In this document: positions 21,541 through 30,563 of the stretch, piece after piece
How positions within the stretch are numbered: the first letter of the stretch is position 1
How the letters are laid out: every line of letters starts with the position of its first letter
Assembly: GCA_963799485.1 (NCBI GenBank)
Contig: CAWCXJ010000001.1
Coordinates: forward strand, 192,001-256,000
DNA length: 64,000 bases
Direction of reading: 5' to 3'
Source of the DNA: an uncultured Trueperaceae bacterium
Lineage (GTDB): Bacteria > Deinococcota > Deinococci > Deinococcales > Trueperaceae
Program-made: the position numbers and the translations under genes
Notes under the pieces: generated by a model
Told to the model about the DNA's origin: nothing
Database searches by the model: none
Seen by the model: the letters and a program-made list of their open reading frames with translations, nothing else

Positions 21541-22920
21541 ATGGCGCTACTTATCCAAAACGGCGAAATCATCACCGCCGACAAGCGTACCAAAGCCGAC
21601 ATCTACATCGAAGACGAAACGATCACTGAAATCGGTGAAAACTTAGAGGTTCCCGAAGGCACCGAGGTCATAGACGCTTCAGGAAAATATGTATTCCCCG
21701 GTTTTATCGACCCGCACGTGCATATCTATCTGCCGTTTATGGGCACCTATAGCAAAGACACGCACGCTAGCGGCTCGCAGGCGGCGCTTTTTGGCGGCAC
21801 CACGACCTTTATCGAGATGTGCGCCCCGGCAGGGAGTGAAGATACGCTCGCGGGTTACCAGCACTGGAAATCTCTGGCGGAGGGCAACGCCGCGTGTGAC
21901 TACGCCTTTCACATGGGCGTCACCCGCTTCGATGAGCAAACCGAAATGCAGCTCCGCGAGATTGTCGCGGACGGTACGGCGTCGTTCAAGGTCTTTTTGG
22001 CCTATAAAGGTGCTTTTAGCTTGGGCGATGAGGAGCTTTACAAAACGTTGACGCTCGCTAAAGAACTCGGCGTCATCACCACGGCGCACACCGAAAACGC
22101 CGAGCTGGTCGCGCAGCTGCAGCAAAAACTTTTGCGTGAGGGCAAAACCGGCCCCGAATGGCACGAACCGAGCCGCCCGGAATACGTCGAGGCGGACGGC
22201 GTGCATCACTTTACGACGTTTCTAGAAGCAACCGGCGCAAGGGGGTATATCGTTCACCTGTCGTGTGAACCGGCTTTGGACGCAGCTTTGGAAGCGAAGG
22301 CAAGGGGCGTCAACGTCTCCATCGAAGCGGTTATTCCCCACCTGTTACTTGACAAAACCTACGCTGAACGCCCCGACTTCGAGGGCGCAAAACACGTCAT
22401 GAGCCCGCCCTTACGTGACAAACGCAATCAGGCCGTACTCTGGGAGGCGTTAGAACGCGGCGACATCAGCACCGTCGGTACCGACCACGCGCCGTTTGAT
22501 ACGACTCAGAAGGCGATGGGCAAGGGCGACTTTACAAGGATTCCCAACGGCATCCCGGCGATTGAAGACCGGGTGAACCTGCTCTATACCTACGGGGTCT
22601 CGAGGGGCGGCCTAAACATCCACCGGTTTGTAGACGCCGCCAGCACGCAAGCTGCCAAGCTGTTCGGCCTCTATCCCCGTAAAGGCACTGTAGAAGTCGG
22701 CAGTGACGCCGATTTGGTGATTTACGACCCCGAGTATCGCGGCACATTATCCGTTAAAACGCAGCATATGAACGTCGACTACAGCGGCTTTGAAGGCGTT
22801 GAAATAGACGGCAAACCCGAAGTCGTGACGGTGCGGGGCGTGGTTCAGGTTAGAGACGGGCAGTTCGTCGGGGACAAGGCGAGAGGCAAGTTTTTACGGC
22901 GTGAGACGCTAGGCGGTTAG
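21541..22920 (+). CDS. hydA: Dihydropyrimidinase (D-hydantoinase)
   Basis: PGFIDPHVH, SFKVFLAYK, HTEN, GTDHAPF, IPNG. Confidence 0.96.
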   Translation: MALLIQNGEIITADKRTKADIYIEDETITEIGENLEVPEGTEVIDASGKYVFPGFIDPHVHIYLPFMGTYSKDTHASGSQAALFGGTTTFIEMCAPAGSEDTLAGYQHWKSLAEGNAACDYAFHMGVTRFDEQTEMQLREIVADGTASFKVFLAYKGAFSLGDEELYKTLTLAKELGVITTAHTENAELVAQLQQKLLREGKTGPEWHEPSRPEYVEADGVHHFTTFLEATGARGYIVHLSCEPALDAALEAKARGVNVSIEAVIPHLLLDKTYAERPDFEGAKHVMSPPLRDKRNQAVLWEALERGDISTVGTDHAPFDTTQKAMGKGDFTRIPNGIPAIEDRVNLLYTYGVSRGGLNIHRFVDAASTQAAKLFGLYPRKGTVEVGSDADLVIYDPEYRGTLSVKTQHMNVDYSGFEGVEIDGKPEVVTVRGVVQVRDGQFVGDKARGKFLRRETLGG

Positions 22921-22921
22921 C

Positions 22922-23734
22922 TTGACGGTGCAAACGCAGTCGCAAAGCCAGAGCCGGCGCTCAGAAAGTTCTCCGGTTATCTCAATCCGTGACTTGTCGA
23001 TGGTCTATAAAGCCAGGGCAGGGGAGACAGTAGCGCTGCAAAACGCTAATTTGACGGTTCAGGGGGGCGAATTTATCAGCCTCATCGGGCCTTCGGGGTG
23101 CGGCAAAACGACGCTTTTACGGCTGATTGCCGACCTCATCGAACCGACCTCCGGTGAACTGCGCGTTGCGGGCAAAACGCCCCGGGAGGCGAGGGGGGCG
23201 CGCGAGTACGGTTACGTCTTTCAGGCTCCGGTGTTATACGAGTGGCGCACCGTGATTAAAAACGTGATGTTGCCTCTAGAGATCATGCGGTTTCCCAAAG
23301 CCGAGCAGCGGGAGCGGGCTTCACGTTTACTCAAACTCGTCGGTCTGCAAGATTTTCACAACCAATACCCGTTTCAACTCTCCGGCGGGATGCAGCAGCG
23401 CGTTTCGATTGCCAGAGCTCTGGCCTTCGACCCCAAGCTGCTCTTGATGGACGAACCTTTTGGTGCGCTCGATGAAATCACCCGCGAGAGCATGAACGAC
23501 GAGCTCCTGCGTATCTGGCAAGAGACGCATAAAACGGTGGTATTTGTGACCCACTCAATCCCTGAAGCAGTTTTTTTATCGTCGCGTATCGTGGTGATGA
23601 CGCCGCGTCCCGGCAAGATTGAACGCGTTATCGAGGTGGATTTGCCCTATCCGAGAGACGAAAGCGTGCGCGAGTCGCGGCGCTTTTTCGAGCTGACGAC
23701 CGAGGTGCGCGAAGCGCTTAAAGGAATGCACTAG
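22922..23734 (+). CDS. ABC transporter ATP-binding protein (NitT/TauT type)
   Basis: GPSGCGKT, LSGGMQQR, LLMDEPFGALD. Confidence 0.96.
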   Translation: MTVQTQSQSQSRRSESSPVISIRDLSMVYKARAGETVALQNANLTVQGGEFISLIGPSGCGKTTLLRLIADLIEPTSGELRVAGKTPREARGAREYGYVFQAPVLYEWRTVIKNVMLPLEIMRFPKAEQRERASRLLKLVGLQDFHNQYPFQLSGGMQQRVSIARALAFDPKLLLMDEPFGALDEITRESMNDELLRIWQETHKTVVFVTHSIPEAVFLSSRIVVMTPRPGKIERVIEVDLPYPRDESVRESRRFFELTTEVREALKGMH

Positions 23735-23735
23735 G

Positions 23736-25577
23736 GTGCGAAAGAGGGTTTCTGCCTTTTTCCCTGTTTTGTTAGTCCTTATCGGCCTAATTTTGCTCGG
23801 CTATCCACTGGCGCTGCTATTTGGTTTACCTTTGGCTCTAAGAGACATGCGCGATTTGCGAAAGTGGGACAAAGCGACGGTGACGGCGAGACCGCCACAG
23901 CAACTCGAGGGTAGAACGACCTTAACTTTTACCAACGCGGCAGAAAAAGGTGTCCTTGTTCGGGACGGCGCGCCGCTGCGGATGCTCTATGCTCAGTCGG
24001 GTGCAGACGTAACGCTGGACGCAGAACCTACCGCGCCGCTCGTAACCTGGGGTGAAACGTTGACCCCGGTATCGGCGACGCTTTACCGGTACCCCGGCGA
24101 GTTACCCGACCCTTTGATGCTCTATGTCGGCAATAAGCTCTTGGTAGAGGGCGCGACCCCGGCTGCCGAAACGCCCGATGATGTGCGCACGACGTTTACC
24201 TTCGGCGACGCGTCCGGCCCTGTGTTGCTGGACGACGAAGTTTTGGCTGAAGGTCAATACACCGTTCAGGGCGACGCGCTGACTTTTACCAAAGCGCCAA
24301 GTTTTGGGAGCGTTTTACGGCGCGTTACGGATGATTACGCGGTTTTAGACGAGGGTAAAAGCACCGTCGTTTTTACGGCACCGCCGCAGGGAGCGGTGCG
24401 CGCCGTAAAGAGTGTCGTCCGGCTTGCCGAGCGCCTTTCGGGAGACGCAGACGGGACGAACCGCACGTTTACCTTTGCCCAAACACCCGTCGCCGAGACC
24501 GAACCCTACGACGTTTATGTGGACGGTACGCTTTTGTCAAGCGACGATGAGCGCCCGAACGAGCGGGTAGACGGTGAGCAGAAAACGTTTACCTTTGAAA
24601 GTAGCGAAGGAATCGTTACGGTAGACGGTGCGCCGCAAACCGAGGGCGAAGCCTATACGCGGGACGGTTTTACGGTGACGTTTGCCCAAGCGCCCGCCCG
24701 TAACGCGCAGCTCCGGCAGTATCCGGGTGCGTTTTTGAGCAATTTTGAAACAGGTGAAGTGCTGCTGGCCCGGACGCCTCCGGTGGGTGCAACGGTCTGG
24801 ACGGACGCTTACACGATCTACGCGCAACCGGGCTGCGGGGCAAACGTCATAGCGTGTTTTCTGGCCCTGCCGCAACATCCGGTGCCCTTTCCGCACTGGA
24901 TTGCTGCGCGCGTCGTCCCGTTTTTCGATAAGTTTCCGCTCGCTGATGAGCGCAACATCGTTCGGGCGGTGCTCTATACGGCTGCCGGAACGCTTTCGGC
25001 GCTGGCGCTCGGGGCGGCGGTCGGAACGCTGCTGGCGGTGCTGTTTGTGCTGGTGAGGCCCGTGGAGCGCGCCCTCTTGCCGTGGCTCGTCGCGTCGCAA
25101 ACGGTGCCGATTATCGCGCTCGTACCGGTGTTGCTGCTGATTTTGGGTAACGCGGGTATCACCATTCAAACATCGCTATTACCGACGGCGCTCATCGGCG
25201 CGTATATTGCGTTTTTTCCAGTCGTTGTCGGTACCGTAAAAGGTTTGCGCTCGGTTGACCCGCTGTCACTCGATTTGATGAAATCCTACGCGGCGACGCC
25301 CGTGCAGCTTTTTCTAAAGGTGCGGTTTCCGGCGGCGGTGCCGTTTTTGTTTACCTCGCTCAAACTGGCGGCGGCGGCGGCGCTCGTCGGGGCGCTCGTC
25401 GCTGAAACCGAATCGAACAACCGGCGTGGTTTAGGCTTTCAGATTTTGGGTCAGGTGCAGTCCGGCAACGTGGCGGACGTGTGGATTTTGCTGCTGATTT
25501 CGGCGCTCTTGGGGATTGGGCTCGTCGGGCTCGTCGGTTTGTTGCAACGCTTTATCGCACCGTGGGAGCGTTCGTGA
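23736..25577 (+). CDS. ABC permease with a very large extracytoplasmic beta-repeat insertion
   Basis: C-terminal ~200 aa is a TauC-type permease (SQTVPIIAL, GLRSVD, KVRFPAAVP). Residues ~50-360 are soluble beta repeats. Confidence 0.9.
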   Translation: MRKRVSAFFPVLLVLIGLILLGYPLALLFGLPLALRDMRDLRKWDKATVTARPPQQLEGRTTLTFTNAAEKGVLVRDGAPLRMLYAQSGADVTLDAEPTAPLVTWGETLTPVSATLYRYPGELPDPLMLYVGNKLLVEGATPAAETPDDVRTTFTFGDASGPVLLDDEVLAEGQYTVQGDALTFTKAPSFGSVLRRVTDDYAVLDEGKSTVVFTAPPQGAVRAVKSVVRLAERLSGDADGTNRTFTFAQTPVAETEPYDVYVDGTLLSSDDERPNERVDGEQKTFTFESSEGIVTVDGAPQTEGEAYTRDGFTVTFAQAPARNAQLRQYPGAFLSNFETGEVLLARTPPVGATVWTDAYTIYAQPGCGANVIACFLALPQHPVPFPHWIAARVVPFFDKFPLADERNIVRAVLYTAAGTLSALALGAAVGTLLAVLFVLVRPVERALLPWLVASQTVPIIALVPVLLLILGNAGITIQTSLLPTALIGAYIAFFPVVVGTVKGLRSVDPLSLDLMKSYAATPVQLFLKVRFPAAVPFLFTSLKLAAAAALVGALVAETESNNRRGLGFQILGQVQSGNVADVWILLLISALLGIGLVGLVGLLQRFIAPWERS

Positions 25578-26488
25578 GGGCGCTCGCGGCTACCACCGTC
25601 ACGCTGCTGGGTTTTGCCGGAGCGTTCTGGACGGTTACGGGCGACGTTACGCCAACGTACTGGCTTCGGTTCTGGGGCTTTTTGCTGCTCGCGTGTGCCG
25701 CGGCGGGGCAGGGGGGGCGTTCACGTTTGGGACAGCTCTTGCTCCCGGCAGCGGTGCCGTTCGTCTTACTGCTTTTGTGGCAAGGTCTGGTCGTCGGTTT
25801 CGGCGTCCCCAAAGGCATTTTTCCAAGTGTGACCGACGTCTGGTCGTCGCTTTCGGCAACATTTCCGGTGCTTGTCAGAGACGCTTATGTGACGTTCGTC
25901 AAAGAGATTTTGCTCGGATTTGCGATTGGGTTTACGGCGGGTGTCTTGGCGGGCATCGGGGTTGCCGGAAGTGTTTTTTTGCAACGCGGGTTTCTGCCGC
26001 TGGCGGCGGCGTTCGGGGCGGTGCCGATTGTCGGGCTGGCTCCGGTCTTGGGCCGCGCGTTCGGCGTCGGGTGGGAGTCGAAGGCGGCGGTGGTCGTCAT
26101 CGTCACGTTTTTTCCGGTGTTGCTCAACACGGTGCAGGGGCTGTTGTCGGTTGATGTACTCAAGCTCGAGCTCCTCCGCGCCTACGCCGCCAAACCGTGG
26201 GAAGTCTTTGTCAAGTTGCGTTTACCCAACGCTGCGCCGTATCTGTTCAACGCACTTCGGCTCGCGGTTGTCTTGTCGATTGTCAGCGTGATCGTCGCCG
26301 AGTTTTTGATTCCGGGGCCGCCCGAGGGCTTGGGTCAGCGCATCTCGCTCTCGGCGCGGCGGGGGGCGTATGATGTGGTGTTCGCCGCCATTTTCGTCTC
26401 GAGCCTCGTCTCTATCGTTCTCTACAACGTCGTCGCCTGGGCAGAGCGGCGCACGACCCGCTGGCACGCGTCGTTTAGGGAAGACTGA
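25574..26488 (+). CDS. ABC permease (TauC/SsuC type)
   Basis: FFPVLLNTVQGL, KLRLPNAAPYLF, IVAEF. GTG overlaps the upstream stop. Confidence 0.92.
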   Translation: MRALAATTVTLLGFAGAFWTVTGDVTPTYWLRFWGFLLLACAAAGQGGRSRLGQLLLPAAVPFVLLLLWQGLVVGFGVPKGIFPSVTDVWSSLSATFPVLVRDAYVTFVKEILLGFAIGFTAGVLAGIGVAGSVFLQRGFLPLAAAFGAVPIVGLAPVLGRAFGVGWESKAAVVVIVTFFPVLLNTVQGLLSVDVLKLELLRAYAAKPWEVFVKLRLPNAAPYLFNALRLAVVLSIVSVIVAEFLIPGPPEGLGQRISLSARRGAYDVVFAAIFVSSLVSIVLYNVVAWAERRTTRWHASFRED

Positions 26489-26660
26489 AGTCGCCTCTAA
26501 TACTATGTTTTACGTGGGGTAGCGCGAGCGCCTCCCCCTGCCTGACACCTCTCAGTTTCAGCCGTAAAAACAAGCCTGACAAACCTCGCTCGTTGCAACA
26601 TGTACACTCCGCCCGATACACTGTAATGACGTTTACAGAACGTTCATCCAAGGAGGCAAT

Positions 26661-27707
26661 ATGAAGCGAATTTTAGTCGGTTTGGGAATACTGCTCCTTT
26701 CGGGTTTAGTGTCGGCCCAAGACCTCATCGACGTGACCTTCCAGTCCAAGTGGTTTCCCCAAGCGCAGTTCGCGGGCTACTTTGTGGCGCAGGCCAAAGG
26801 CTTTTACGAAGAAGAAGGGCTGAACGTCACGGTGTTAGACGGCGGTAACGTCAACCCGACCGTACAGGTCGCTTCGGGCAACGCCGACTTCGGCACCGAC
26901 TGGATCGCCAACATGCTGGTGCAACGTGAACAGGGCCTAAACGTCGTGCAGATCGCGCAGATTTACCAGGCTTCGGGCTACCGGATGGTCGCTCTCAACG
27001 ATTCGGGTATCGAAAGTTTTGCCGACCTTGCGGGCCGCACCGTCGGTGTTTGGGGTTTTGGCAACGAGTTCGTCGCCCAGGCGGTTTTCGCGGCTGAAGA
27101 CATCACCTCCGACCTCGACCCGACCGTCACCGACCCGGACGTAAACGCCGTCGTCTACGCGTTCGACCCGTCTTTGGTGTTTCCCAACGAGGTTGACGTC
27201 GCCTCGGCGATGACCTACAACGAACTCGATCAGATCGTCGGGCTCGGCTATGGGCTGGACACGCTGACCCTGCTCGACCCCGCCGACATCGACGCGGCTT
27301 TGCTCGAGGATTTGATCTTCACCACCCCCGAACTCTTACAAAATCCCGACTTTAAGGGCTCCGGCGTTTCGGGCCGTGAGGTTGCCGAGCGCTTTTTACG
27401 CGCGACGATCAAGGGCTGGGAATACGCGGTTGCCAATCAAGAAGAGGCGGTCAGCATTGTTTTAGAGTCGTGCGGTGACACCTGTGCCGGGTCGGGCAGC
27501 ACGCAGAGCCCGCAGATTCACCAGACCTGGCAGATGGCCCGCGTCGCCGAACTCGTCGCGCCGGAAGACGACACCCGCGTAGGTGCGCTGAACGAAGAGG
27601 CGTTCAACCGCTCCGTTGAACTGCTGAACCAAGTCGGCCTGCTCTCCGAGCCGGTTGCGTATAGTGACGTAGTAGACGAAAGTGTATACGACGCTGTAGC
27701 ACAGTAG
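26661..27707 (+). CDS. NMT1/THI5-family substrate-binding protein
   Basis: Signal peptide, KWFPQAQFAGYFVAQAKGFYEEEGLNV, AMTYNE. AAGGAGG SD. Confidence 0.93.
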   Translation: MKRILVGLGILLLSGLVSAQDLIDVTFQSKWFPQAQFAGYFVAQAKGFYEEEGLNVTVLDGGNVNPTVQVASGNADFGTDWIANMLVQREQGLNVVQIAQIYQASGYRMVALNDSGIESFADLAGRTVGVWGFGNEFVAQAVFAAEDITSDLDPTVTDPDVNAVVYAFDPSLVFPNEVDVASAMTYNELDQIVGLGYGLDTLTLLDPADIDAALLEDLIFTTPELLQNPDFKGSGVSGREVAERFLRATIKGWEYAVANQEEAVSIVLESCGDTCAGSGSTQSPQIHQTWQMARVAELVAPEDDTRVGALNEEAFNRSVELLNQVGLLSEPVAYSDVVDESVYDAVAQ

Positions 27708-27791
27708 CAGTGGCTATGGCTGCGCTTGCTGCAGGGCTCGAGGAAGTCGAACAACTTTTGTGTGGGACTTGTTTCGGCGCACCGCAAACAC

Positions 27792-27841
27792 AAAAAACAC
27801 CCCGCACCGCCGTAAGGGTGATGCGGGGTGTACGCTTTTTT
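27792..27841. terminator. Stem-loop terminator after the pyrimidine operon
   Basis: AAAAAACACCCCGCA...TGCGGGGTGT followed by a T-run. Confidence 0.7.
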
Positions 27842-27876
27842 ACCGTACTTTCCGGCACCGAACGCTACCGAACGCT

Positions 27877-28056
27877 TTAGCTGCGTTCGGACACAAAGCT
27901 CAGTTTGAACAGCGGTTCATTGTAAGGCTCATCTTTGTAACGCAAAATAAGTGCAATCATCAGCGCGACCGCATAGTGAAATTGGGGCAACCCGAGACAA
28001 AAAGCCGTGATAAGTAGGGCGAGGATGACGAAAAACCAGACGGTATTGTGACGCAT
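27877..28056 (-). CDS. Small hydrophobic ORF (59 aa), or the remnant of a frameshifted membrane-protein gene
   Basis: MRHNTVWFFVILALLITAFCLGLPQFHYAVALMIALILRYKDEPYNEPLFKLSFVSERS with GGGGAG upstream. Below the ORF-track cutoff. Confidence 0.4.
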   Translation of the reverse strand: MRHNTVWFFVILALLITAFCLGLPQFHYAVALMIALILRYKDEPYNEPLFKLSFVSERS

Positions 28057-28378
28057 CAGCTCCCCAGTACAGGCCGAAGCCCCAGATAAGATAAGCTGAG
28101 TTTAGCACGATGTGAAAAATCTCATAGCACTTTGGGTCTAGTCCTTCTGGCGAATTCGGCGGACGTACCAGTATCACAGCCGCCGTCTGTAGGAGCAGAT
28201 TGAGTCATGACTTTCGCCAGCGGAAGGCTTGCTATCCTCAAAATGTGATCGGCAGAATTCGACCAGCTTAGGAGCCTCGGTAACAAGACGGCACCTTGCA
28301 AACTGACCGACACACTACAGGCACCCAAACGGCAAACTGACCCGATGTACAGGGGCAGTCCTTGCGTCTGTCACGTAG

Positions 28379-28455
28379 TGGTGGGCCCTGTTGGACTTGA
28401 ACCAACGACCAATCGATTATGAGTCGACTGCTCTAACCAACTGAGCTAAGGGCCC
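28379..28455 (-). tRNA. tRNA with CAT anticodon, Ile2 (lysidine) type
   Basis: GGGCCCTTAGCTCAGTTGGTTAGAGCAGTCGACT-CAT-AATCGATTGGTCGTTGGTTCAAGTCCAACAGGGCCCACCA. Resembles ileX-type tRNAs rather than fMet. Confidence 0.93.
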
Positions 28456-28512
28456 CAAGACCTTACACGACTTTATCATGGGCCTCGAGGGTGCGCCAAG
28501 TAAACTGGAGGT

Positions 28513-30297
28513 GTGCATCGTGCTGTGCGCTTTTTCCTGCTTTTTCTGCTCGTCCTGAGTACCGGGTATCTTGCGTGGCTACTCTTTTACCCACGCCCAC
28601 TGCCGCTGCCTTTGGTCACCGTCGGCTTCGAAAACCCCTATCAAAAACCTTTGCTTGCCGACTACGAACGCCTTTTTAAGGCGGAGTTGCGCGGAGATAC
28701 CGGCACGCTCGAGCAGTTTGTCAAAGCCGCCCCGAACAGCTATTTGCGCTACCGCACCCTCTTAAACCTCGCGCGTACCCCGCAGCTTCCGGCCAAGGTG
28801 CGGCTCGCATATCTGGAGCAGGTGCTGGCGTTTGACCTCATCTCACCGCTTGCTCGCGACGACGTAAAAAGGGCGCAGCTTGCGCTGGGCCGGCTCGCCG
28901 AAGAAGCCGGAGCTACCGCCCGCGCCGCTACCGCTTACGGGGAGGCGCTCCCGCAAGAGGCTGCGTTTCGGGGACTCCTGCGGCTGAACCTCGAGCCCCG
29001 CACGCTGGCCCGGATTTTTCTGGACGCCCGCGACCCCGAACGGGCGCTCACAGCGCTCAAGGGTATTGCGGCACCGGAACTGCGCGCACCCGCCCTCGCC
29101 GCCGTAGGCGACCCTGCGCGGGCGCTCAAGGTGTATAACCGCCTACTCACGCAGCAACCAAACGACGTGGCGGCGCGCCGGGGAAAGTTCGGCGTGCTTT
29201 TGTCGCTGGGGCGCTTTCGTCAAGCGGAGGCGGTCTTGAAAACGTTGCCCGGTTCACTCGCGGCCCAAGTTCAGCTCGCCGAAGCCGAGGACGATCCCGA
29301 CGCGCGCCTCGCGGCGTATCTGGAACTCGGCGACGCCCGCAGCTTGTGGCTGGCAGCGGGGATTATCGAGGCGCAGGGCGACGCCGCGGCTGCCTTGCCG
29401 CTTTACTTAGAGCTTGCTCGAGACGCCCCGAGTGACGCCAACGACTACCGCGACGACGCGGCCTTTCGCGCTTACACCCTCGCCACCCGCGCCGGTGATG
29501 CGGAGACTGCTGGCGCGGCGGACGCCCTTATTCCGGCGGACAGCTTTTTCAGCCTGCTCCGGGGACGGTCGCTGCCCGCTTTTAACCAACCCCTACGGCG
29601 CGTGACGCCGCCTGTGCTCGAGCTGTCCCGAGTCCTCCGCCAAGCCGGGGATACCGAAGCGGCTTTGGGCGAACTGCTCGTTGCGCTCTCCCGAAGCCGT
29701 GACGAAGCCACTACTGTGGCTCTAGCCGAAGCGTTACAGGAGCTGGGTGAATTCGGCTCGAGTTCACTTGCGGCGAGCACCTATGTTCAGCGTGGCAGCC
29801 GCGCCCGCCGTACCTACCGGGCCGCGTATCCCCAGGCTTACAAACCGACCGTCCGGGCTCAGGCGCGTGCTTACGGTCTGCCCCCGGCGCTCCTCTGGGC
29901 GGTGATGCGCCAAGAATCGCATTTTTACCCCCGCGCCGTGTCCCGCTCCGGCGCGCAAGGCTTGCTGCAACTCGTACCGAGCACCTGGGATTACGTCGCC
30001 GAGCTGCTGGGTGAACCGCCCGCCGACCCTTTTAACCCCGCCGCCAACGTCCGTTACGGCGCATTTTATTTGTCAAGATTGTTGGGGCAGTTTGACGGCA
30101 AGCTGCCCGAAAGTATCGCCGCGTATAACGGTGGCCCCGGTTATATCAGCAGGTTGCTGGACGAACCGGCGCTGACGGTTACAACCGACCCTTACCCCGA
30201 CTTTCTCCGCGCCATCACCCGCGACGAAACCCGCGAATACGTCGCCCGGGTGATGATGAACTATGCGGTTTACGGCGAGCTTTACGGGCTGAAGTAG
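28513..30297 (+). CDS. Slt-type lytic transglycosylase with TPR-like helical region
   Basis: AVMRQES, GAQGLLQL, AAYNGGPG, ETREYV. Confidence 0.93.
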   Translation: MHRAVRFFLLFLLVLSTGYLAWLLFYPRPLPLPLVTVGFENPYQKPLLADYERLFKAELRGDTGTLEQFVKAAPNSYLRYRTLLNLARTPQLPAKVRLAYLEQVLAFDLISPLARDDVKRAQLALGRLAEEAGATARAATAYGEALPQEAAFRGLLRLNLEPRTLARIFLDARDPERALTALKGIAAPELRAPALAAVGDPARALKVYNRLLTQQPNDVAARRGKFGVLLSLGRFRQAEAVLKTLPGSLAAQVQLAEAEDDPDARLAAYLELGDARSLWLAAGIIEAQGDAAAALPLYLELARDAPSDANDYRDDAAFRAYTLATRAGDAETAGAADALIPADSFFSLLRGRSLPAFNQPLRRVTPPVLELSRVLRQAGDTEAALGELLVALSRSRDEATTVALAEALQELGEFGSSSLAASTYVQRGSRARRTYRAAYPQAYKPTVRAQARAYGLPPALLWAVMRQESHFYPRAVSRSGAQGLLQLVPSTWDYVAELLGEPPADPFNPAANVRYGAFYLSRLLGQFDGKLPESIAAYNGGPGYISRLLDEPALTVTTDPYPDFLRAITRDETREYVARVMMNYAVYGELYGLK

Positions 30298-30563
30298 CCA
30301 AAGAGGAGGTACGGGTTCTACCTTTGTCTACTTTGACTGTTAGAAAACTCGGCTTATCGACGTTACGGTAAACTCGCTCAGCGTGCGTTAGACCCAAGTT
30401 GTGGGCAAACTTTTGACCTATACCTAACCTAAAGGGGGAGAACTGCACCAGGGCAAAGCAGCACTTGAGAACACGTCATCCGTAAAAACATCTAGAACGC
30501 AACAAAGCTCGCGCAAACGGTGTTTTGTGCCTCGAGCCCACACCTCGCTCAAAGGGAGTAAAG

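Noticed and set aside
28379..28455. Integrated prophage or ICE at the tRNA
   Set aside because: No integrase and no duplicated tRNA 3' end seen in the window.
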